Assembly: GCA_051294905.1 (NCBI GenBank)
Contig: CM119371.1
Coordinates: 21,826,001 to 21,890,000, forward strand
DNA from: Botryllus schlosseri
Lineage: Eukaryota
Length of the DNA stretch: 64,000 bases
Direction of reading: 5' to 3'
The position numbers and the translations under genes are program-made. A model generated the notes under the pieces. It was not told where the DNA came from. It worked only from the letters and a program-made list of their open reading frames with translations, and ran no database searches. Below, one piece after another: positions 1 through 12,000 of the stretch; the first letter of the stretch is position 1, and each line of letters begins with the position of its first letter.

Positions 1-91
1 AAAACGTTACTTCCACGTTGAAAGTCAATTTGTTACGAAAAAGGTTTACTAAAACCGAATGAAGGTGTCCTTGATCACAAGGCGTCCTTTA

Positions 92-3000
92 TCACTCAGC
101 GTCGCTATTATCGTTAGAATCCAGTAGCGGTTCGTGTGACAGTTCCTTCCTTCGTTTCGGATTGTACAAGATGTAATGTTGCACCATGAAGAGAATGTCG
201 AAAAGCACGCTGAAGAGTCCCAGTCCGAATTTGGTCGGGTCGCCGAAAACAAGATCCCACTCCTCTGTAACACAAGACAAATTACATGAAGACGGTGTGG
301 ATTGGAATGAGGGGTGCATTGGTCCAGTTGCTTAATTGTAGGGATGGGCAAAATCGAGTACCTAATTCATTTCTAGTCAAATATTGAGCCAGTATTGTAG
401 TCAATAATTAGATTAGCACTCATGAGTAGGGCGCTTTTTTTACCTAAAAAAAGAAAGTTTTGACCTAGAAAATCAAAATTTTGACTTTTTTTTACCTAAA
501 CAAACTGAATTTTGACCAAATTTTGACCTGACATATGCAAATTTGGTGATTTCCCACATACTGTCAAAATTGTAACACTTATCTTCATTTCTGGTTGGAA
601 CTGACTGTCCTAACGAAGTTGCTTGGCCTGAAAAAACGTTTTTGGCTTAGATACAGGCAACTTATTACATGAAAAAACATTATTTGAACGAAATCTGGCC
701 CTATGGAGAATTCCAGTGGTTACAATATGTATTATGGTAGAAATAATTAAAAAAAATTGTAGTACTACGAGAGATACTTTCCTACATTCTTGGGTAGAAA
801 CAGTGGCGTATCCAGGGGGGGGTTTAGGGGGTCGGAACCCCCCCCTTTTCAAAATCCTAAAAATTCATGTTAAATATAGCCTCTAATATTTGCTAATTTA
901 TTAGTTCAACATATTCATTTTTACGTATGAGAAGGCGAATATGGCGTCTTAATGTTATTTAAGGGGACTAAAACCCCTACAAAATATTGGAATTATGCGC
1001 CGAATTAGTCGAAAGGATAAAATAGGTCGTTATATTTCGCTAATTGCGTACGAATTCTGCGCTTGTTCAGCTACATTTCAGCTGTGGCAGATGCTGACGT
1101 TCACAACTTTCTTCCCTCGATTTCTCTCTCGCCTTGCTAAAACGAGAGACGCATTTTAGGAAAATCTAATCTAATTGGCCGACGCGATACCGCCGATACG
1201 TAATTGCAAAGACAAAGTTGTCGGCAATGAACATCGCCCGCGAATTCGCTACACCTGCTCGCCTTGAAATCCTAATTAAGAATTGCACGGCGTGTTGATT
1301 GATCAGCGAGACGCAGACACGGCGGCACCGGTACGACAATGCTATTCTCAAATCCACATTGTCTTCGCGATTATCGGCGAGAAATGCCCTACGATTGACA
1401 TTCACATTTCAAAATACAAGCCTAGCAATCCACGTTCTCGATTGTTAGGTGGCTTGCTGTCGTCCAAATACAGGCCTATGTTGCCGCTGAACGGGAGAAT
1501 TGAGTAGGCCTATTAGTAAAGTTAACGTAATGATATCGGCTGACAAGGTCCTCTGTCGCTCAAGTTATTATCCCAGTGTGTACTCTGTATTAATAGAGCG
1601 ACTTGCGTGCCTGCAATTAAGGGCTAATTATCTTCGCGCGTACTACACGCTCAACCGTGCGGCTAGTAAAGCCATCGAAATGCACACATTCGTGTGCAGC
1701 TGTACACTCCACACCTCTCTGTGGCGATCGCGATCGCGATCGCCCTCGTGTCTGCTACCGCACTATTCCGCGCTTGTTCGTCCGCTGCGATACTACCGGC
1801 TGTGCGCATAATATAGTCAAAACCTAACAAAATCGTGCATCTCTGGTCGGAACTAGGCGCTTGGAGACCGGCGGCGTTAGTCGGCTCATGACTAAATGTG
1901 AGCATTTACGAATTTCGTTCAATCATAACGTAAAAACACGAAATTTCAGGCATTGTCTGTATCGAATTTGTACATCTCCCACTCACCGCAAATCTCTTTT
2001 AATTATTGAACTATAATATATCGTAAATATTCGCCTTGGCGTGTAGACGAGTGATCGTAATTATGACGTCATAATAGGTGATTTCACTCAAAACCCCCCC
2101 CCTTTTTCGCGCTCTGGATACGCGCCTGGGTAGAAAGTGTCTGTCCTTACTAAGAAGCTTGCCAAGGACGTTCAATCTCAGTTGTTGGCTGACAACACTG
2201 AAGTTGTGCGTACACTGCTGGTGACACACCGTGTTGCTTCATTCTGACAATGGTGTCTACATCACAATTTTTCATCATGCGCTTCTTAATATAACAAAGA
2301 TGCAATGCCCATCAAGTCTTTCTTCAGTTAGGATATTGCGGTACGTTGACCATAAGACCATATCTACCTATTTGTTTTATTTGACCATTCATGATTCACA
2401 ACGAGCAGACAATTAGCCGTTTACAACGGTAGGCCTATGCTAATGCAGCTTGCATCACTCTTATGAGTGACATTGCCAAAGAACCAGATGTGAAACAGTG
2501 GCTTTATATCGGTACGGTAACCTAATATATTGTCAAAGAATCTACCTATTTGCAATGTCATCAATGTGGTGATTTGACCTCTAAGATACACATTCCATTT
2601 GGAAATAGGCGCTTTCGATTTTAGTGCTAAAAGTAGACCTATAAGACCTCTACTAACTTGAGTACTATTCAATGATTCATTTTCAATTTCCACTTAAAGA
2701 AGCTTGACATGTCCTGAAAATTACCACTTCTACTGGTAATCAAGTCAATACTTACTGTGTTACTTTGACTTCTTTATGAGTAGAAACGTTAACTACTTTG
2801 ACCATAGGGTCAAGTTTATGTATAGTTCAGAGTTGTGTTAACGTAAGGTTCAATGTTGGAGTTTGGGGTTAGGGTTAGCTTTGGGGTCATAAAATCAGAT
2901 GCTCAAGCGTAGTTTTTGATAGTGTGTGCGTCAGGCTGCGCACATACACAACACAGAGTAGATGAATGGACCTAATTGTTGGCAACATCCCAAAACAAAA

Positions 3001-6000
3001 ACACTAGTGACACTACCACAGATACAGTAACCACACAATTCGTCACATGAATCCGCCCTGTTCATATTGACTCATGAAATGTCAAGTGTTTAACATGGAG
3101 TGTCATAAGATCAACAACGTGACAAGGTAGCAAACATTAACCAAATCGTGTCACATGATATCATGCAGAGCCAGGCAGATTTTCGAAACCGGAAACAGCA
3201 CTAATGAATGGGAACACAGCAACAAAACTGCAGAAATGCAATTGCCAATTCTTGTGTGAAAGTTCACCTATTCTTTGATAGGAACTATGTATTTACTCAG
3301 CTGCTAACCTGAAAACCCTATAATTGCACGAATGTAGCGTCCCATGAACACGATCACACTTTCATTCACTACCACCATGTCATAGGAGCATGAATGAAGA
3401 AGAAAATACAGCCAGCTCTACGCCATACTAGAGACAATTTCCTATTTTGGTACCATATAAGCCGTAGTTCATTGCACATTATAAGAAGGACATGGGCTGA
3501 TAATGTGCTCATTGAAGTGACGTTTCCAATAATGAACAAACCTTGGAACTACCTATTCTGTTTGCTGCGAAAAGACTGACCCAGGATTCAAAGCTTTTAC
3601 TTAGGGAAAATAGTATCTCAAAACTATAATTTTAACTGATAAATTCTTAGTGGATAGGACCGTACAATTAGATTACTCGAGATAATCACAGCACACTACT
3701 CGAGTCACTAGCTCAAACTGCAAGTCTTATTCAATGCACGCGTTTGAAGGTGCTGGAAACGTGACAAGCTATCGACAGCCCGACAACAAACCCACCACTC
3801 ACCGTTATTGTAAGACTGCAGAATCATTTGCAGAATACTGAAAGATCCTCCCGTAAAATCCAGCAACACATTCCCGATGCTCCAGCCCACCGTGCTTTTC
3901 CTTCTGTAGTTCATCACAGCCTGGAGAAAGCATATATATAAATTTCAGTTCATCACAGGGTTGTAATGACTCGAGTCACGACTTGACCCAAGTCCGACTA
4001 GTGTCGGCGATTTTTGGTGACTCGACTTGACTCGAGTCAATTTTGCATTGAATCGACCTGTACTCGAGTCATTATGCATGTTTCGAACCAAGTGATATGA
4101 CTCAAGACTGGGATGGCCAAGACGGGCATTTCATTGTTACTTCAAATTGAATAGTATATTCATATTGAAATGAACCCGAATATTTTCGGCTGACACTCGA
4201 CAGGGGTAATCGTCAGCAACTAGTAGAGAATTGGAAAGAACATTGTATATCAACAATCGTGTACCACCTAAAAATAATGCAAAATAGTATATTGAATGTT
4301 CTCTCATTTGAAATTTCATGCTGGTGACGTCATATTTTGTGATCAGATTGTTGATATACAATGTTCTTTCCAATTCTCTACTAGTTGCTGACGATTACCC
4401 CTGACGAGTGTCAGCCGAAAATATTCGGGTTCATTTCAATATGAATATACTATTCAATTGTATATTTAAGTTCTGTACCTCCAAGAAGCTCTTCAAATGT
4501 AACTTCAATGAATAGTAAAGTTACCAGATTATTGGCATTTCGTCTGTCAGTCCTTGGAAAATAGGGCCGGAAACTGTTCAGACTGGGGCAGACCGGGGAA
4601 GATTACTGTATTATGAATGCGAGTCATACTTTTTCACTGCACAGTTGAATGAAGTGGATTGAACCGACAACTGAGCAGTGAACATAATGAATTGGACTAG
4701 GACTAGAATCAAAACACTGACTCATCCCATTACAATTTAGCAAATTTTCTGACATTTGTAATGCATACCCTCAGAATTGTCCAATAATGTTGTTCTTTTT
4801 TTAATTCAGAGTACATTAAAAAAAAAAAAATTGAAAAATTTCCAGCGGTTCAAAAGATATTACGATTCAAAATTCTCACGTCACTAGGTGGTGCTGCATG
4901 CAAAAATCTTGAAAATCCATATTTTTTGCTGTAATGATGGTGGAGAATCAATTAAAATGTCTAATTATACAATTTTGAGGCCAAGGATTTGAAATAAATC
5001 AACTTTTTCGCTCTAAACTCGAAGGAAGGCACTGCCGCACACCACAACTACAATTATGACCAACCACGCATTCCAAAGACAAATTTTTTTGTGATTTCAT
5101 TGTGGAATAGAGATTAATTTGAAACTCCAATTTTTTATCAATCATACTGCTTCAACGTACATTTTGCAATCATTTTTTTGTGTAAACGAAATCCTACATG
5201 GATTTTCAAGTCCGCTCCCTCCAATTTTGTTTCGTCTGTAACTTTTTTCCTTCGAGTTTAGAGCGAAAAAATTGATTTTTTTCAATTCCTTGGCCTCAAA
5301 ATTGTATAATTAGACATTTTAATTGATTTTCCATCATCATTACAGCAAAAAATATGGATTTTAAAGATTTTTGCATGCAGCGCCAGCTAGTGACATGAGA
5401 ATTTTCAATCGCATTATCTTTTGAACCGCTGGAAATTTGTCAATTTAATTTTTTTTAATGTACCCTGAATTCAAAATAGAACAACATTTGTTAATATTGG
5501 ACAATTCTGTGGGTAGGCTATGCATTACAGCCCTTGTTAAGTTATGATGGAATTAGCCCACTATGACTCGGACTCGACCCTCTACTCTCCGACTTGGACT
5601 TGACTCGATGGTGAATTGAAAATGACTCGACTTGACTCGAGTCAAAACTACAAAAGTGAGATTGACTTGCGACTTGGTTGCAGCCCTGGTTCATCACACG
5701 AGAAATAGCTAGCTACATAAAAGAGGCGGGCCAAGCAATCTTACCTGAGGCACGTATTTGATGAGCGTGATACCGAGCTTAACGTAGGACAGGATTTCGA
5801 TGTACCGCAACCATGTTATCTTTTGTCCAACTGCCACGAACAGAAGTACGAACAAGGCAGCGCCAGTGACCGACAATAGTCCGATCGTGATTTTTGAGAC
5901 TTTTTGCCCAGCCCTCTGCAAATAACTTTGAGATTTATGGTGGCATAAAGTGTGCATTAGGGGTGCCGGTATTCAAAAATGACTTTTTTTCTCAAATCGT

Positions 6001-9000
6001 ACTGGTTACTTGATGAAATTGTTACGTTACCTAATTTAAGCCTACACACCAAATTTGGTTCAATTCCCACCAGTAGCCGCATTGCTACAGGAGAAAAAAG
6101 TTTCTATTTACTATATGGAATTAAATAACAAAAAATTTGAAAATTTTCTGTTCACCCCATGACAGTGTTAGGTTATCTATAGAAACGATGTTCACCAAAT
6201 TTGATTCAATTCCAAACAGTGGAAGCGGAGATATTGCCATAGAAAAATTTGGATTTGAATAAAATATTATTTAAGGTGGGCACCACTATAATAAATAATT
6301 AAAGAAATGTTCACTGTAAATACTACGGTATTTTATTCATAATCCAAATTTTTCGACGGCAATAACTCTGCTTCCACTCGTAGAAATTGAGCCAAATTTG
6401 GTGAACATCGTTTCTATAGATAACCTAACACTGTCATGGGGTGAACACAGAATATTAACTAGAAACTTTCTTCTCCTGTAGCAATGCGGCTACTGGTTGG
6501 AATTGAACCAAATTTGGTGTGTTGTCTTAAATTAGGTAACCTAACAATTTTATCAAGTAGCCAGTACGATTTGAGAAAAAAGTCATTTTTGAATACCCCT
6601 AGTTTAGTCGACTGCTTTACATAGTACTTGAGATAGTGGTTTACAGTAAAGTGTAGTTAGTGTTGGGTGTTAGTACTCAATTACAAGCAGACTCAAAAGA
6701 GGCTTTGGAGGTATAGAACTTCAAAAGACACTTGAGTAATATCTTCATATGGAAATAAACCCAAATATTACATTACTCGTCAGGGCTAATCGTCAGAAAA
6801 TAGTAGTGACTTTGGAAGTTGTATCACCACAGTTGTATCACCACCGTACCATTGACTACTCCTGACGAGTGTCAGCCAGAAGAGATTCTGCTTTTTTTTA
6901 AGACGAATTTATTACCCAAGCATATTTTATGTGCTTTGAAAAGACATTATCAAAATGACGGTGTCGAAAGTTCTCAAGATAGTAGTTTCACAAAGCCTAG
7001 AGGTCACATACTTTCAGCAGGATATCCGAGCAGGCTTTCACTCGTGAATACCACGAAAAGACAGCTCTAAACTGATTTCTGCTTGAAAAAATACAAATTG
7101 TGAAAAGGCAGTAGTTTTGCCTAAGAAATTGTTAAGCAGAAGTGGAAGTCAGATGTCATCCTCGGTCTCTGGGTGGGTTGTGGTACAAATACTGGAAAAG
7201 GTGCGGTAGGCTGCATTACATTTAAGTCAGACAGTGTTGTAAGGTCGCTATTATGTCTTACATGAGCAGCATGGTCACGAATACGCCATTCCACGCAATA
7301 TTTATGGTGGTACATGTAGATTGCACCGTACACTATACAGTCATATTGGAAAGCTGGGAGAGTGGTGCAGCATTCTTTGCACCGATTAGGTTGTGAGACG
7401 TTTCAAATCACAGTCGTTTACAGAGTCCTAACAATGTGTTGCTAAGGTATTTACGACCCCATAGCGCCATCTAGCTGGGTCATCTTTTGTAGTTTATGCA
7501 TTTTTTGAATTTTTGATAAAATACTGAACAAGGGTAGTTGTGCACGCAAGCTATATCTAATTACATATTTGGGAAAACGGTGATCTCATCCCTAAAAAAA
7601 ATCACTGTGATAAGGGTTGAGCGAACTTTCACCTGTACTGTAACATTGAGCTTACAAGCATAGCCTGCTCCTAGGAATTCAAAGTATATTAGCAACTGAC
7701 TCACTTCATAAACCAAAGCCTGTATGATGGTGACCAACGTCAGCGCAACTGCGTGCAGGGCAAAGACCACGTCATTGAGCCGCACTGGATTGACGCCGTC
7801 CGGATGTTTCTTGTAGTACTGAGTCTGAATGGGAATTTGAAAATGTAGTAACACTATAACTATCAACCAGTCCATAATAGCCTATTCAGGCTCCTAATTT
7901 ATTCAGTCACTCATAGGCCATAGTTACATTTTCAGGCACCCGATTTATTCACTTGAATATGGGCCATAGTGATATGCGGTATCCATGGGTCATTTCTTTT
8001 ATCGGTGAACCTCATGATATGTGGTGCAAGAATACGTGACTCAAATCGGACACCAGTTGCCGATCTTACCCAGTTCGAAAGGACATCAATCCTGCAAATC
8101 CAAGAACTTCTAATCAGTGTCCGATCTGCACTGATTAGAAGTTCAAACGACTATTCACTAATTTACTGAGACAGACAACGTCAAATCCAAAATTTTTTGC
8201 AAAGATTTCGAAGTCCGCTTACAACTCTAACTTTTTTTTCACAAACCCCAACAAAACATTTCTAAACAGCGATAGGTTTATATCTGGAGATAGACTATTG
8301 GCAATTGAAAAGAATTGGCAGAGTAGGATAATTAATCCCAGACGGCCATTCTGTTGTTGTGACTCCTGAAATTTCAGCAGTCATGAAGCGATCTCGTGAT
8401 TTCCGTACTGCTAAAAAAGTGAAAATTAGGTTTTCAATCATTTTGCAATTTTAGAGGTTTGGCGGAACCCCTGAAAATGCTTCACGGACCCCCAGTTGAG
8501 AACCACTGGCATAGGTCAATTAGGGCTTGGTTAAATCGGGAAACTGAGTGATTTCATTCAGAATCGATTAATAGGCTTCAAGCCAAGTCGTGTATTCGAG
8601 TGTCGCTCATAATGACGTCATACAGTAACATGTTTGATGACATTGAAAGTTCAAGGATGTAGGCCTGCCTCTTATTCGAGCTAACGGAATTAATGGGGAC
8701 GACAGCAATGATTCTAGTAATCGAAACTGATTCGAATATTCTAATGATTCTAGTGAGTCGCAAAAGTGGTACATGTTTGAACTATTCACATATCGTTGTG
8801 ATATCATAATCTGCGATACTCCAATATTCAACCTCTAATACTCAATTCAGAACGGAATCACTCAGGTACTGGTAGCCTCCTTTATTTTGCGCAGCCCTGG
8901 AAACTAACAACTCCAATTACATCACACGAGAAATCATTTTGAAATTCTTGAACGCAACTATTTTATGGGATTAATCAGCCCACATAACCGCTGCGAGTTT

Positions 9001-12000
9001 TGGGTGCTGTGACAAGACCAATCACGACTCGCACAGCGAGGGTGAAAGTATAAAAACTATATTTCCATAGGATCAAATATCTCTCTGTGGTAAAGGGCGT
9101 ATAATTCTGGTAGCCAAATCCACCAAATCGTCTCGCAAAGGTCTATTTGAATCATTGCAATTGATACTCGAATTATCACGCAGCCCTGATCAGAACCAGT
9201 ATTTCCAAACTAAAAAGCTCACCTGAATGAGGGGAATCCAAAACAGCGACAAGTTGTAGATCGAGTACGCCACGAAACCGGCCAGATTCAGCGCCAAATA
9301 GTCGAAATTCAATCCCACGACACTGCGCAAGTCGACATACAATAAATCAATAACCGTCAACATAACAAATAGACGGAAAAGGTTGTCACACTAGCTGGAT
9401 GATATGCTTTTACCCTAGAATGTTCCAGTTTTTGTGAACACAAACATCTTGTGAAGGTATTGCTGTGCCTGTGCTCATAGTCAATGTTCGGGTCTGTATA
9501 AGATATTTGCGACAGGATAAGAAGATAACAAGATTTGTATCATAGCGCAGTTTGCTTTTCAAGTAACTATATTTTTTCTTCTTCACGTAATTTTGACACG
9601 ACAGGAAAATCGCTAGCGGTAAAATTCATCTGTATGCAATCGAGTAGAAATTTACGGCGTTTTATCTGCTTCTGCTCGAGCATCATTGAACATAAGCTTG
9701 ACTAACACTGCTTGAATGCGCCTGAAAAATTAGCATACTAATGAGTCACTAGAGTTGGGTATTATTATTTGAGTGACGACGCCGTTCTCACAATTCAGTC
9801 CAATATCAAATGCAACGCTTCGAGTCCAGTATCGGCACTCTATTTTTATGTGTAACGAAAATAAAAGTGAAGTGCCCCGTATCACGGCAATTGAACAGAT
9901 ATTCGAAAATACAATTGAATAGTACATTCATGTTGAAATGAACCCGAATATTTTCGGCTGACACTCGTCAGGGGTAATCGTCAGCAACTAGTAAGAGAAT
10001 TGGAAAGAACATTGTATATCAACAATCGTATCACAAAATATGCCTTCGCCAGAATGAAATTTCGAATGAGAGAGCGTTCAATGTGCTACTTTTAGGTAGT
10101 ACACGAACATTCTTTTGTTGGCAGAGTTTGGGTTGGTGTATTTTGATAAAAGTCAACTACAAGGCTCACAAATTGAAGTGTGGACGGCCCCTCCCAACGA
10201 CGCAAAATCTGTCTAATTCACTACTAGTTGCTGACGAATACCCCTGGCGAGTGTCAGCCGAAAAAATCCGCGTTCATTTCAATATGAATATACTCTTCAA
10301 TTGTATATTGAAGTTCTGTACCTCCAAGAAGCTCTTTAAATATTCGAAAATGTTAACTATTCTTGTGTCGTCAGTCCTGTGTTAGTCAAGATCACGAACA
10401 TATGTTTTTAAATTTAGAAAGTAGCCACCTCCGACCGGGGTTGTAACCAAGTCACAAGGTCCCGAGTCACAAGTCAATCTCACGTTCATTGTTTGAACTA
10501 GGGTCAAGTCGGGTCGGGTCATCTTCAATTCACGACCGAATCCAAGTTAATGAGTACAGGGTCGTGTTCGAGTCATGGTGTTGTGACTCGAGTCCGAGTC
10601 CAAGTCATTGTGTTCACCGGTAAGTTTTTAGCTCAATCCCGTTAAATCCATTTTCTCACATTTGGTCGAGTGATATAGAATGTCTCGCATTTATAATATA
10701 GTAGGCCTACCGTAATTTTCCAAGAGGTCGTAACAGTTTATGGCCCTATTTTCCAAGTTTCGGGACTGATAGTCAATGTGCCAACTTTACTATTCTTCGA
10801 AATTACCATGCAATGTCGGTCTCAGCCGTCTGAGCCTCGAGTTGAATGACTTGGTCCGAGCCATGCGCAATGACTCAAGTCAAGTCTTTTTCCGTATTTT
10901 GAGATAATGACTCGTCGAGTCACCAAAAACTCGCGACTAGAGTCGGGTCATGTATCGAGTCATTACAACCCTGGGTAAGGCAGTACCACAAATGTTTAGA
11001 TTATTAAAATTACATTGATTCTGCATCAATTTTTATCAGTGATGTTGACCACTATGCCGAAGTGTACTGAACAAACCATTTGCGGACCAACAACGAACTC
11101 CACGCCAACCGGCAGTGATCCTCGGACCACCAGTTGGCAACCACTGGCCTAGATTACTTATTTTACATACATGGAAATCAGTACTTGTATTTCTACTGGA
11201 GTATAAAGTTACATTATCTGTCGCTGTCGGCTATTTGAGTACCAACAATGACCACTTCAGGTTAGTTCTACTTTTATAGGCCTACTGGAAGCTACGCTGA
11301 CGACTTTGACCATGCCCGTGCGTTACTCGATAGTCCCAACTTGTCCACACTGGCTTGCATGCTTGACGCTGCTCTCGGTATCTCACCTTTTCCGACGAAA
11401 GTTCAAAATGACTTGAGGGTAGAACGAAACGGACCAGGCAGCGAAGTAAATCCAGCCGATAACGACGCTTACAATTGTAATCGTGTAGGAATGCACGACG
11501 TACACCTCAATTTTCGGTCTGGTATCATTGCTACCGATGTCCGGCCTGAAATAAAACACATCCCGTTGTAACATACGAAATAGTCGGTGTACGAATATAA
11601 GTGCCACTGTGATTGTGGCTACGTGGGAAGAACGTCAAAGCGTCTTCAGGAACGCATAAACCAACACGTCCCCAGACTTATCAGAACACATGCTTCCGGC
11701 TCGGTGAAAAGCTCACCCTTGACTCATCCGCTTAAGCTCAATGCTGACCTATCAAAGGCCATTAATTCTGCCATCGGCAAACATCTGTTGAATAATCTGA
11801 TTAGTGGAAATAATTATCGAGACGACAGATTTTGCGTCGTTGGGAGAAGCTGTTCGCACTTCCATTTGTGTGCCTTGGAGTCGACTTTTATCAAAATACA
11901 CGAACCAAAACTCTGTCAACAAAAGAAGTTCGTGTACCACCTAGAAATAGTACATTGAACGCTCTCTCATTCGAAATTTCATACTGGCGTCGTCATATTT

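Larger units (their letters stand above)
3956..5688. mobile_element. hAT-like MITE with GACTCGAGTC subterminal repeats, hosting two nested insertions
   Basis: Termini CAGGGTTG / CAGCCCTG; 8-bp TSD GTTCATCA (3948-3955, 5689-5696); an uninterrupted copy at 27700-28225 shows the empty sites. Confidence 0.85.

Noticed and set aside
2840..2890. TTAGGG-like tract (similar at about 21680-21780)
   Set aside because: Too degenerate and short for an interstitial telomere; probably part of an old repeat.
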